Shown: in pieces, positions 12,367-24,970 of the stretch | How the letters are laid out: every line of letters starts with the position of its first letter | Numbering within the stretch: the first letter of the stretch is position 1 | DNA from: Octopus bimaculoides | Lineage: Eukaryota | NCBI RefSeq assembly: GCF_001194135.2 | Contig: NC_069003.1 | Coordinates: 20,347,279-20,410,690 of the forward strand | Length of the DNA stretch: 63,412 bases | Reading direction: 5' to 3' | Notes under the pieces: model-generated | Database searches by the model: none | Told to the model about the DNA's origin: nothing | What the model saw: only the letters and a program-made list of their open reading frames with translations | Translations under genes and position numbers: made by a program

Positions 12367-13074
12367 GTAAGTCATGTTCTCTCTCTCTCTCTGACTGTAT
12401 TTTATGTGTGTGTGTGTGTGTATTTATGTACATATATGTTTGTTTCTCTATTTCTCCTTTTCTTTCTCCTGTGTGACTTATAATTATTTTTGTTAATTCT
12501 AACCCCCACTTTATTGCAATGTTCTTGCTTTTTGTTTCTCCCTCCTTTACAATTGCTGGCCTGTTTAAATTTCTCATCTAATGACTGTCTTCTTTTTGTC
12601 CCCATGAAATACAAAGGCTGACTGTTCACGATGCAAACACCAATACTGGAAGTCTCTCTTGTTTCTCCTCAATTAGTAGTAAGCCTCTGCTTCTATTTCC
12701 TGTGTCTGTACTCAGCTCATCGTGCCAGATATGGCCACTAGGTCCCTGTCCACTCTAGTAACAATCATAGCCATCTCATATTACAATAGTTACTCATTGT
12801 TGTATTTGAGCATTTGGAATCATATTCTATTTTACTTTATTTTCTGATTTTTATTTGTTGATTAATATTTGGACAGCATCTGGTGCAGTATACACAACAA
12901 GTGTTTAATGAAAGGGAAAATTAATCATGCTTGTAAATCTACCATCTACTGGCCAAGCATGGCTCAACTTCTCTTATTCGTCACAGGTACAGATACAACC
13001 AGATTGTGATCAACAAAGAACCAAGCAGTTTTTCTGCAGAAGACAGAATCCCTTCTACTGTAGGTTCCAAGACA

Positions 13075-15935
13075 TTAAGGGTAGCAACTTTAAATGTAGG
13101 CACAATGTAAAGTAGTTCTAGTGGGATTGTGGAGATGCTGGAGCAGAGACGAGATGAGTGGATGTGTGTTGTGTGCAAGCCGTAAGATGGAAGGGATCCT
13201 CAGCCAAACTCCTCACAGGTAGAAGACAGCAGTTCAAACTCTTCTGGGTGGACAGTAGTGATGGCAGGAGTGGAGTAGGTATACTGTTAGCTGAGAGATG
13301 AATAGATAAGGTAACAAAGTAGTCAGAGTGTGTGATAAGATTATTAAGTTAAGATTAATCATAGGCAACACAATAGTGACATTTATCTGGGCATATTCTC
13401 CACAGGATGGACTACTAGAAGAACAGAAGAATCGTGTCTGTGAGACCCTTCTGCAGACTGCCTCAATAACAAGTGATGCTGATCTTATTGTAGCTGGTGA
13501 TTTCAATGGACATATTAGTCAACACAAGATGTACATGGAAGCTATGGTTATGGCATGAGAAATGAAGCAGATGTAAGGCTGCTGGGGTTTTGTGATGCAA
13601 CTGAGCTAACAATTTGCACCACACTCTGTAAGAAACCAACCTTATCATTTACCAGTCCCAAGTCAGATTGTTTACATTCTCACCAGGAAATGGGGCAGAA
13701 TGGTCATTGTGAATATCAGTACCTCTCCTAGTGAAGAATGCACCGTGCAACTTAAGTTAGTGTCTTCTGCTGTGTCAGAGCAGGTGAAAACATCACGGAG
13801 AAGGAAGGTCTGGAAACTAAAAGATTCAGCAATTGGGAATAGGTTTAGAGAAATTCTAACACATGAAATCTGAAGCACATGAATGTAGGGAAGTAGATTT
13901 AGATACTTGTAGCATAGACAATAACTGGAAATTTTAAATTTATAACTTGCTTATAGCTACAGATGAGACATGTAGCTAGTGCAAAGTCCCAAACAAACCA
14001 AAAGTAACATGATGGTGAAATAATAAGGTTGGTAGGGCAGTCAGAGCTAAAAGACAGGCTTGGATAGACTGGAAGGATGGTGGAATTAGGGAGCATTATT
14101 TAATGACTAGAAGAACATCAGGTGTACTTGGCTAAAAGTGAAGTAGAAAGGAAGAGATATGCATGTGTCCTACAACATGAGAATCAAAGGTGGGAAGTGT
14201 TGAGGATTACAAGAGACAATATATGAGAGAGAATCATGACATCATTGCTGAGAGGTGTGTTCAGAATGATAAAGGCAAAGTTGTCACCAATATGGAGCAA
14301 AAGAAGTTGGTGTGGAAGTGCTATTATGAAAGGTAGCTGAATGTGGAGAGTGCATGGAATGAACAAGAATTCAGACTAGTAATCCAAATTGACAGTAGTG
14401 AGGTAGATAAAGTAATCAAGGCTATGAAGAGGGGGAAAGCTGCAGGCTCATTGGAAACAGTGCAGAGATGCTCTAAATATCTGGGGAAGTATGATACAAA
14501 ATTACTTGGATAATTAAGCAAGTCATCCAGGAGGGTGTCATACCCAATGACTGCATAGCAGTGTCATTGTAAACTGCGATGCATTAGAGAGAGGCAACTA
14601 TAGGGGAATCAAGGAAGTAGTTGATAGCTTTTGTTACCTAGGCAGTGTAATTAGCAAGGTAAATGATTGCTCTGAAAGTATATTTGCTAGAGTAAGAACT
14701 GGTTAGAGAAACTTCAGGGAGCTACTACCACTGTTGACAACAACAAAGACCTTTTCTGTAAGAGTAAAGGGCAGATTGTGTGATACTTATGTTAAATCTT
14801 CAATGCTGCATGGAAATGTGATGTGAGCCTTGAATGCAGACAACTTGAAAAGACTAGAAAGAAATGATATGGGTATGCTCTGTTGGATGTGCAGTGTGAG
14901 TGTGAAAGAATCGGTACAAATAGGCTGAGTGAAACACTGAGTATAAGAAAAATCAGATATTGTGTTCAAGAAAGAAGACTGCTGGTATGAGCATGTGATG
15001 AATATGAATGAGGATAACTTTGTAAAGAAGTGCCATATGCTTAATACGTTTGGAACCTGCAGACGAAGAAGACTCAAGAAGATGAGATGAAGTGGTGAAA
15101 GCTCACTTCAGGACTCTGAGCCTGAGAGATGAGATGACAAAGGAGTGAGGTCTCTGGTGATATAAGGTTCCCAAAAAGACTCACCTTCCTCAGTGAAACT
15201 GATTTCTGGAATTTACTATATTTTGGGTTCTCCACCTGTTACACTGGCACCCACCTCATGCATTATGCCTATTGCTTCTCTCTCCCTGCTTTTGTCTTCC
15301 TTCCAGCAATTGTATCATCTTTTTCATTCCTGGCTTGCCACACCCCTCTTCTGTCTCTGTCTATCTTCCCCAGCTCAGAGCTCTTGTCTCATTCATCTTT
15401 TGACCCGATCCATTTTGGCAGTCTGCCTCCCCCTCCTCATTCACCTTCCGATACAATCTTGTAACCACCTAACCACACCTAACCACCCACTTCTATTCAG
15501 CTTGTGCCTTGTGTGGCCACCTGTGCACCTTATTGCCATTGTCTATGGGCTTGCAGCTCCTGCTGATCATTTTCCCTTTCTCTCCCTTCTCACCATTACC
15601 CCTATTAGTGAGAAGCCATGCAGATCCCTTTGCAGAAACCTGCTCTGCCCTACTCTCTCACAGCAATCCCCTTGTCCCCTAGCATGAAGCTGATCCACTC
15701 CACCTACCCCAGGGCTTGTAGTCCTGCAAACTGCACGGCAGCTTCAATAGTGCAGGTGACATGCAAAAGCATCCAATCCACACTGTAAAGTGGTTGGCAT
15801 TAGGAGGGGCATCCAGCTGTAAAAATCACGCCAAGCAGACATTAGACCTCAATGCAGTCCTTGGACACAAACTGTCAAACCGTCCAACCCATTCCAGCAT
15901 GGAACTTAGACGTTAAATGATGATGGCGATGATGC
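13075..15935 (+). mobile_element. Degenerate, internally deleted near-full-length RTE LINE in PAQR3 intron 3
   Basis: AP-endonuclease LRVATLNVGTM...GVGILL...AYSPQ...LIVAGDFNGH; RT-adjacent and C-terminal RRLWYEHV segments; RTE tail at 15770-15935; many stops and frameshifts. Confidence 0.9.
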
Positions 15936-18206
15936 TGATGTATGATGTTTTTACATTCATTTTTCCATTCGGTTGCACAAATATATTAACGAAGCATTAT
16001 TCTCTAGCTAGAGGCCCTTCTGGACAAGGAAATTGTTACACAGGATGCAAGACCCATATTTCTGGTTGTGATACTTTATGTTATCGCGATCAGCTGCTCG
16101 TTTGGTACACTGTCGTTATGATTTTGTTGTCATCCACCCATTACAAACAACTGATAGACAGACGAAAGTGTATTAACACCCCTTTCATTTTTCTAGAAGA
16201 ATTTTTCATTTTAACAATTAAAAAAAATGTCCCTCAAAGGTAAAACAGTCAATAAATAACGTAAAACAATATTAGGTGTGGGTTATTTTTGTTGGGAAAG
16301 GAGATACAATGAGATGATATGACAGCCTCAAATAACTGAGAATGTATTGTAAGCGATTCTCCTTTAGTTTGTGCTAACAGACTGTGGTATTTTGGCTTGC
16401 TTTCAATATTCTATTATTAGTAATAATTATTGTGCGAAGCAGGTGTATGCTTATCTGGCTCCATAACCTACTACACTTAGTCTCTCATGCGTAATATGGC
16501 CGCATTAAACGTAAGCTAAATGATACATTTAAAAAGACAAGCACATCTTACAGTATACGCCAGCAAATACGGAACATATAAATATTCAGCTCGATACATC
16601 TTTAATCAAATGACAAAACTGGGAAAACCAGCTCATTGCTAATTAATAATCATAAAGGAATTATTGAGTAGACACCTTGCAAATGACTAGGCTCTGTGGG
16701 AAAATTGTTTTAAATTTTAGCAGACTTCGATAGTGAAAAAGTCGGGGGTGCCATTGCTGTATTATTCAATGAACTATAATTGATGTAAGGGAGACAACTA
16801 AGTTGGTAATAGTGCTAGGTAAGGGAGTTAAATCTGGTTTCTGGAAGAGGAAAACTGAAGAAGAGAATGAAGCTTGAATGATCTTTCGTAGAAATCTCAG
16901 GAATATTGAACCTTGTTTATGTAATGACAAAGTTTGTTTAGGCCTAGGTCAGTCCTAATTCAGTTGATCTATGATGAAGCTCGTTTCATTTGAGCCCATT
17001 CCGCCTTTTTCTTCATACAAAGTATCTAAACTTACATTATCCAGTATGTCCTTCTCCTTTTTTTAGACAACAGCTCATGATTACAGAGAGATTTGATTGC
17101 TATTTCTAGTGATCACATAGAGGTTCACTCCAGTCTTGGCTCATGAAAAAACACAGATATTGGAACAATGTGAAAAAAAAACTTCACAACTAGGTGCAGA
17201 TGTAGCTGTGTGGTAAGAAGCTTCCTTACCAACCACACGGTTCCGGGTTCAGTCCCACAGCATGGCACTTTGGGCAAGTGTCTTCTACTATAGCTTCGGG
17301 CCAACCAAAACCTTGCGAGTGGATTTGGTAGATGGAAATTGAAAGAATCCTGTCATGTACATTCCACTGGATGAGTAATGTCAGTGTGCATACTTGACAG
17401 AACAGAATGTAAGTGCTTTGAGAGAAAAGTTGGACCTAAGAAGCATCAGATGTGATGTGCAAGAGAGACGACTGCGCTGGTATGGTCATGTGGTGAGAAT
17501 GGATGAGGATAGCTCATATAAGTGATTTATACCAGTCTGTAATTCTGAGCTATTCCACATTCTCTTTTCTAAGAATCCACTGGTAAACACGATTATAGAG
17601 CATTCTTACCGATGTAAACATTGGCAGAAACACACATTTAGCTCATATAGGTGATTTCTACCAATCTATATAGTCTGAGTATTTAGTTCTTCTTTCACTC
17701 TACTTCCAATAGAGATATCTATTTTCTAGCCTTTGAACATTTATTTAACTCACATATCACTCTATATTTCTCCTTATTGATTTCTTTACCCCTTCTCTTC
17801 ATATGCACGACCTTTGACGTCATATCTACTAACGGTTTTTAAAAAATACTTAATAGCATTCTGTTCATCATTTACACAGTCATCACATTTGTTAAAATGT
17901 CTTATTGTTGAGTATGTTTATCTTTCTTTCCCTGATGAGAAGATCACATTATTTTACATCATTTATTCCTTTGGAATAATACCAATGTTGTCTTTGAAAC
18001 ATATGTCGGAAGTAAAAGAATTTGAATAACACCTGCATTTAACTCCATTTATTTATTTATACTATACAAACTACTGCACATTAACCCGCAGTTTCTGCCT
18101 TTTAACAGGTTGCTACATCCTTGTTACTTGCGTGAATTTTGCTACCCTGGTAACTGTTTATTGAATTTTCTATGTTAACTGTAAACAAAGGAAAATTCAC
18201 TCATAC

Positions 18207-18242
<36 letters not shown>

Positions 18243-18462
18243 TCTACACCAGGGATACCCTTCCTAATTCCTTTCACTTTAAAGAGTGTACTGGGTGCCT
18301 GTTTGTGGTACTGGTACTAGTGAGGTTTGCAAGTAACTTACAAGACCATAATTAATTAAAATAGATATGAAAAACCATAACAAAGTAATTGATACATGCT
18401 ATGAATATTTTAAAAATTTCTTTTTCAATTTTCTTTTTTGTTTTTGTTTTGTTTTATTTCAG

Positions 18463-18666
18463 GAATGGGAAAGAATATATATGATTATTATAGTGATTCT
18501 ATCAGTGATAATTTTATCAATTCAACTGAAGCCTAAACGGTTGAACAACTCTTTGACTTTCACTTTGTCTCGCGTACTGATGTACAGCTGTTTAGCTATC
18601 TATGGCATCATTCCTGCAGCACACTGGATATACTTGAATGGAGGATGGGAGAATAAAGTTGTCCAG
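18463..18666 (+). CDS. PAQR3: PAQR3-like coding exon 4 (EWERIYMIII...YGIIPAAHWIYLNGGWENKVVQ)
   Basis: tttcAG acceptor, CAG|gtttgt donor, 204 nt phase 0/0. YGxIPxxHWxxLNGG is characteristic of PAQR3. Confidence 0.95.
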
Positions 18667-20209
18667 GTTTGTTTGTTTCTTTGTTTATTTTTTTTTGTTT
18701 TGTTTTCCATCATCATTGTCATTTTAACGTCTACTTTTTCATGCTTGCATGGCTCAGTTGGAACTTGTTGAGGCAGGTTTTCCACAGTTGGATGTCCATA
18801 CAGGCAATGTGTGACATTGCCTGTATGATAGTGATGTTCATTCACAACCATATGTGATATCATGAATCGGATACACATACAACACAAACACAAACATATC
18901 TGCACATATACATATACATAAACATACCTATATATATATATATAATCGTGCCATGCGGACATTTATTGTGGTTTTAGAGTCAGGATTTGACTGCTATATT
19001 TTCAGCGTGGTGGTATCTCTTGATACCCTGTATTATAATTTTAAATAATTATTACCTTTGATGGTTTTTATTCCCATGCTGACCACTTGATAAGATCAAT
19101 ATTTTAAATATCGATCTTGTCCTTATTTATATAAATATATATATATATATAAGCAATGTTAAATCTCTGATATATATATATATATATAAGAAGAACCAGA
19201 ATGGAAAAAAAATCACGTCTTTAATTGATGATTATGCCATACATTACTGATGGTTGTTTCTATTGTGCCAGCATATTTAGACATACAGAAATGGAGTATA
19301 AAATACCATTCAAATTAATATATCCAAAAATATATGCCAATACAATGCTATTTAGGCAATCCAAAATGGGGAAAATTCAAAGAGAACTAAGGAAATATCA
19401 ATAGATGAACACAAACTAACAGAATGTTAAGAAGAAATATAATATTCTAAGAAAAGTCAGCTAAGCATTTAACTTTTGATGACATCAGTAGATAACAAAA
19501 CAATAAAAGATACACAAAAATTTTATGTCAAGATAATTATCTATCAAAGATGCTAAAAATTATTTAAGAAAAATTATGCATGTTAGATTATAGAAAAAGC
19601 AGTTATAATTAATGGGTTGTTTATTATTGAAATATCTAAATGCTTTTCTATATTTATAAGAACAGTTCAATGTAAAATCATTTCTACAATTTAATAATAT
19701 ATCGGATGCAGCTGTGCATCATTAACCAGCTGGAGGAGATGTCCTCTTGGTGTTAAAAAATCACAGTCGAATGGAACAGCCATGTTGAAGTAACTATGAA
19801 CATCACTTGCTAAGTTAATAATACTTATTTAGAAGTAATTATATAATACATTTCCTCAAGGCAAAGATCACATTTAAAATTATCAGCTTTGTATGATGGT
19901 GCATAATTAATAATGGACCACTTTATATCATAGTTAATGTTCCTGTCTTTTCAATTCCAAATACATTCACTATAATTCATAGAATTACATTTTTTTGTTA
20001 AGTTAAATGAAGAAGAACAATTATGTAACCTAGATTTCCAAATTGTAACAGAAAGACCTATGTAATAACATGTACAATCCCCTATCATTGCCTTACATTG
20101 ATATATATATATATATATATATATATAAAGCAATTGAATGGTAATGATATTGATTAGTAACATTATCTGTTATAGAACTTGATGTGTTGGGCAGAGTGAC
20201 TGAAATATC

Positions 20210-20410
20210 ATCATCATCATCATCATCATTATCATCATTATCATTTAACATCTCTTTTCTATGCTGGCATAGGTTGAATGGTTTGACTGGAATTGGTAAA
20301 GCTAGGGGGCCACACCAGGTTCTATTGTCTGTTCTGGCATGTTTTCTATGGCTGGATGCCCTTCCTAATGCCAACCACTCCATAAGAGAATACTGGATGC
20401 TTTTCGCATG
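20210..20410 (-). mobile_element. RTE 3' tail fragment (antisense)
   Basis: (CAT)n followed by the reverse complement of GTGGTTGGCATTAGGAAGGGCATCCAGC...CCTATGCCAGCAT. Confidence 0.85.
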
Positions 20411-20491
20411 GCACCAGACTGGTATCAGTTCTGCTGTCGCAGATGGATGTATATTTATTATATCAATGTTGACAGTTAAGGTTAGGGTGTA

Positions 20492-20530
<39 letters not shown>

Positions 20531-20796
20531 GCATGTGTCACATGTTTGGTGTACATCAACAGCATCATTTTTATCATCTTCACCATACAACTACCAAATG
20601 CTCTATTAACTTTAGCTTCTTATGCTATCCCTCTCTCTCTTTCTCTGTATCTTTCTTTCACCCTCTCCCCCTACTCTCTGTATGGTGTAAAACATGACAG
20701 CTAACCAACCAACCACCATTTATATCAGCTATTATTATATAGTCTCAGAGTATAACAACATTATTTTTCTGTTTTCTTTTTTCTTCTTTTCTCCAG

Positions 20797-20887
20797 GTGT
20801 TTGTCCCTAAAATAGTTGTCATGTATTTAATTGGTGTCGGTGCTGTCTTCTTCTATTTGTCTCAGGTACCAGAAAGATTAGCTCCAG
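20797..20887 (+). CDS. PAQR3: PAQR3-like coding exon 5 (VFVPKIVVMYLIGVGAVFFYLSQVPERLAP-G)
   Basis: ctccAG acceptor, CAG|gtaaga donor, 91 nt phase 0/1. FYxSxVPERxxPG motif. Confidence 0.95.
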
Positions 20888-20959
20888 GTAAGAGTCTTAT
20901 GCAAGTAATCTATATTTTTGTCTTCCTTGCCTTTAACTGTTTTTTTTTTTTTTTCATAT

Positions 20960-21240
20960 GAGCGAGATTGTTGCCAGTGCCCCTGGACTGGCTCTTGTGC
21001 GGGTGGCACATAAAAGACACCATTTCGAGCGTGGCCGTTTTCGTGCGGGTGACACGTAAAAGCACCCACTACACTCTCTGAGTGGTTGGCGTTAGGAAGG
21101 GCATCCAGCTGTAGAAACTCTGCCAAATTAGATTGGAGCCTGGTGTTGCCATCTGGTTTCACCAGTCCTCAATCAAATCGTCCAACCCATGCTAGCATGG
21201 AAAGCAGACATTAAACGATGATGATGATGATGATGATGAT
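20960..21240 (+). mobile_element. RTE 3' UTR/tail fragment (sense); another short tail at 11125-11230
   Basis: ~1.5 units of the 65-bp repeat, GTGGTTGGCGTTAGGAAGGGCATCCAGC, (GAT)n tail. Confidence 0.88.
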
Positions 21241-21732
21241 TTCTCATCTATTTCATAAATGGACAACAAGCTTTTTGTCATTTATCATTCATCACTTACC
21301 ATTCAATGTCACAGCTGTGATGGATGTAGGATTGGAAACATCATTAGTCAAATGTGTTGAGTCTAGGGGTACAATGTACTATGCTGCTTTATACTCTGAG
21401 CTCAAATCTTACTCAGGTGAATTTTATCTCTCATCCTTCTGGGTTGCATAAAATAAAGTACTAGCTAAGTCCTGGGGTCAGTGGTTTTAACTATTGCCCT
21501 CCCACCAAATCTTAATCATCATAATAATAAAAATAATGGTTTCAAGGCCAGAAATTTTGAGCGCGGTGTAAATTGACCCCAGTGCTCAACTTGTACTTAG
21601 TTTATTGATCCTAAAAGGATGAAAGGCAAAGGCAGCCTTGGAGGAATTTGGACTCAGAATGTAAAGCGGGACAAAATGTCTCTAAGCATTTTGCCCAGCA
21701 TGCTAATGACTCTGTCAGCTTGCCACTTAATG

Positions 21733-21767
<35 letters not shown>

Positions 21768-22029
21768 TATTATTATTATTATTATTATTATTAATATTAT
21801 TAATATTATTATTATTAGAAACATTGCTGATTGGCAGAATTGTTAGAGCATTGGCCAATGCAGTACTTGGTCCAGTTCTTTGTTTTGAGTTCAAATCCTG
21901 CCAAGGTCAACTTTGCCTTTCATCCTTTCAAGGCTGGTAAAATAAAGTAACAGTTTAAATATGAGGCCCAATGACATCAACTAAGCCACCTCCCCTCAAA
22001 ATTGTTGGTCATGTTTCAAAATTAGGAAC

Positions 22030-22061
<32 letters not shown>

Positions 22062-22221
22062 CGAGTTCAGATTCCACCGAGGTTGACCTTGCTTTTCATC
22101 CTTTCGGGGGTTGATGAAATAAGTACCAGTGGAACACTGGGGTCTAGCACCCTTCCCTAAAATTTCAGGCCTTGTGACTATAGTAGAAGGGATTTATTAT
22201 TATTATTATTATTATTATTAG

Positions 22222-23028
22222 AGAGATGACTGTGCTGGTATGGTCATGTGGTGAGAATGGATGAGGATAGCTGTGTGAAGAAGTGTCACACCCTAGCAGT
22301 TGAGGGAACCTGAGGTAGACCCAGGAAGACCTGGGATGAGGTGGTGAAGCACATTAGGCCTCGAACATTAGGCCTCACCGAGATAATGACTACTGACCTT
22401 TGGAAATATGCTGTGCTTGAGAAGACCCGGCAAGCCAAGTGATACCATAACCCATGGCCTATGCCAGTGGGTGTAACCAGCCTACTTATGCATACCTTTC
22501 CATCATTGGACACTAAACACTGCTTGCGAAGACCTGTTGAGGCAAGTGAAATCGAAATCAAATTCGATGACAGCACCGCATGACTGGCAGCCATGCTAGT
22601 GGACTGCTAAAAGCACCATCTGAGCATGATTGTTGCCAGGGCCGCTGACTGACTCCCATGCTGGTCACATGTAAAAAGCACTATTTGAGCGTGATCGTTA
22701 CCAGTGTCACCTTACTGGCACTCGTGCTGATGGCATGTGAAAAACAACATTCGAGCGAGGTCGTTGCCAGTGCCGCTCGACTGGCTCCTGTGCAGATGGC
22801 ACGTAAAAAACATCATTTGAGCGTGGTCGTTGCCAGTACCGCCTGACTGGCCCTTGTGCCAGTGGCATGTAAAAGCATCCACTACACTCTCGGAGTGGTT
22901 GGTGTTAGGAAGGGCATCCAGCTGTAGTAACTCTGCCAGATCAGACTGGAGTCTAGTGCAGCCATCTGGCTCGCCAGTCTTCAGTCAAAATGTCCAACCT
23001 ATGCCAGCACGGAAAGCGGACGTTAAAC

Positions 23029-23058
<30 letters not shown>
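22222..23058 (+). mobile_element. RTE 3' fragment with four 65-bp UTR repeats
   Basis: RLCWYGHVVRMDEDSCVKKC...GRPRKTWDEVV, repeat array at 22605-22875, (GAT)n tail. Confidence 0.9.
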
Positions 23059-23059
<1 letters not shown>

Positions 23060-23071
23060 ATTATTATTATT

Positions 23072-23768
23072 TAAGACGTCACACAGTATCCAGTATCATG
23101 ATGTTGTTGATTGAAGATATTGTGTCTACCGGGGGTTTGTATTGTCTGTCAAGTCACAACAAGGACCTCAGACAGACAGTACTTTATGCAATATGTGTGC
23201 AGTTCCAAGTAATGCTGACTTTTGCAAAACACCTAGATTGTTGGGTATTTCTAAAGTTTTCAGATGTTTTTTCAGATTGGGTGGTATTGAACCCAATGCT
23301 CTGATGACAATAGGGATAACCTTTATGTTTGACTCTCGTAGCTGCCACATCTTGGTGAATTCAGTTCTCAGGTCTCCATATTTATCAATTTTTTCTCTTT
23401 CTTTCATTATGAAATGTTGATCTCCTAGCATTGACACGTCAATTATTTGGCACTCTTGTTTGTCCCTCCTAAAGGTTACTATATCTGTCCTTTGGTGCTC
23501 TAACACCTTGTCTGTCTGGTAGTCAAAGTCCCAGAGGATTTTTGCCTTCCCCTTTTCATCCATTACCTTTTCCGGTGTATGTTGGTACCAAGTACCATTA
23601 CCCCAAATCCATACTCCCGACATAGTAGCCAGTGAAAGTTTTGGGCTACGTTGTTGTGCCTGCGGTTGTACTCTTTCTGTGCAAGACTTTCACAAGCACT
23701 AACAATGTGAGTCATGCTTTCAACCCTCTTCCCATACATTCTGCAGATTCGTTGCACTTGTGTGGGAT
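23072..23768 (-). mobile_element. R4/Dong-clade LINE 3' fragment (CCHC knuckle + restriction-like endonuclease)
   Basis: CRMYGKRVESMTHIVSAC..LAQKEYNRRHNNVA; ILWDF..QTDK.LEH.R.DIV; IIDVS; KIDKYGDL; stop at 23168-23170; (TAA)n on both sides. Confidence 0.9.
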
Positions 23769-23769
23769 A

Positions 23770-23818
<49 letters not shown>

Positions 23819-24390
23819 GAGTGAGAGAGCAGTGCATGCCATTATACCCATCATGACTACCCGTCTGATACGGGTACACCAGGCACATGCATCACAACCA
23901 TATGTGCACGACATGGTGATCTCATATCAAGATAAACAACGCATGACCTCGCAGGTGGGGCCTAGTTAGAATTTTCATCAGGTTGAGTAGCCCATTCCGC
24001 TCAAAAGGTCCCTGAATAAAGTTTGTTTAAGGATGTTGAGCAAAACACCCATGGTTCCAAAGGTGAATTATTCAAACCNNNNNNNNNNATGTTGAGCAAA
24101 ACACCCATGGTTCCAAAGGTGAATTATTCAAACCCCAAAGAATTCCTCTCAACACATGGCTATGATGCTCCCCCACTACTTGTTCTCGTGATCATAGATG
24201 CACATATCGTCTGCCACCAAGGGACATGCTCAACTGGTTAAGGTCAAACAACTGACTAGCAAATCTGTGGTATTGAGCAGAATATTTGCTGTAGCCCATC
24301 TTTTATACCAAGACAAAACAATGTACATGATAGCACTTCCAGTCAGTTAAGATCAGAAGGCATGAGAGCCACTGCCTGGTACTGCATCCG

Positions 24391-24392
<2 letters not shown>
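23819..24392. mobile_element. Unclassified ~570-bp interspersed repeat X embedded in (TTA)n
   Basis: Closely similar copy at 35923-36440 and an inverted partial copy at 61258-61432; no ORF or TIR seen; (TTA)n flanks. Confidence 0.8.
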
Positions 24393-24445
<53 letters not shown>

Positions 24446-24970
24446 GTCAGTGAGCTGGCAGAATCATTAACATGTCAGACAAAATGCTTAGTGGCATTTT
24501 GCCTTTATGTTCTGAGTTCAAATACTGCTAAGGTTGGCTTTGCCTTTCATCCTTTCAGGGCTGATAAAACAAGTACCAGTTGAACACTGGGGTGAATGTA
24601 ATTGACTTGACCTCTTGCATGCAATTGCTGGTCTTGTGCCAAAATTTGAAACCATAATATTATTCTTTTAACTCAGGTTTTGTTGGAACTCCTGGAGACT
24701 TGCATGCATAGCAGGCTTGCTGCCAGCATCTTACAGTTCCATACTTAGCAGCATTTCATCTGTCTTTAAGTTCAAGTTCTGCTGAGATCGACTTTGCCTT
24801 TCATTTTTCCAGGGTTGATAAAATAAGTATCACTTAAACCCTAGGGTCAATGTAATCGACTTACTCCCTCCCCAGAAATTACCGGCCTTGTGTCAAAATT
24901 TGAAACCATTATTATTATCATTATTATTATTATGATTATTATTATTATCTCTTTTTTCTCTCCCATTTAG

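Noticed and set aside
15193-15687. 164-aa Leu/Ser/Pro-rich ORF
   Set aside because: Pyrimidine-rich segment between the RTE ORF end and its tail; no recognisable domain or splice signals.
16965-17000. TGATGAAGCTC...GAGC hammerhead-like hairpin
   Set aside because: Lacks C3 and the GAAA box; it is part of another dispersed repeat (related to ~26960-27050 and 37800-37930).
24025-24140. ~50-bp direct duplication across a 10-N gap (also around 25393-25402)
   Set aside because: Typical overlap of unmerged contig ends; the duplication is absent from the copy at 36160-36200.
24330-24392. HDV-like ribozyme at the end of repeat X (R2/R4/RTE elements can carry them)
   Set aside because: A P3/L3-like GGC-TCTCATG-GC(T/C) is visible on the minus strand, but P1, P1.1 and P2 could not be completed by eye.
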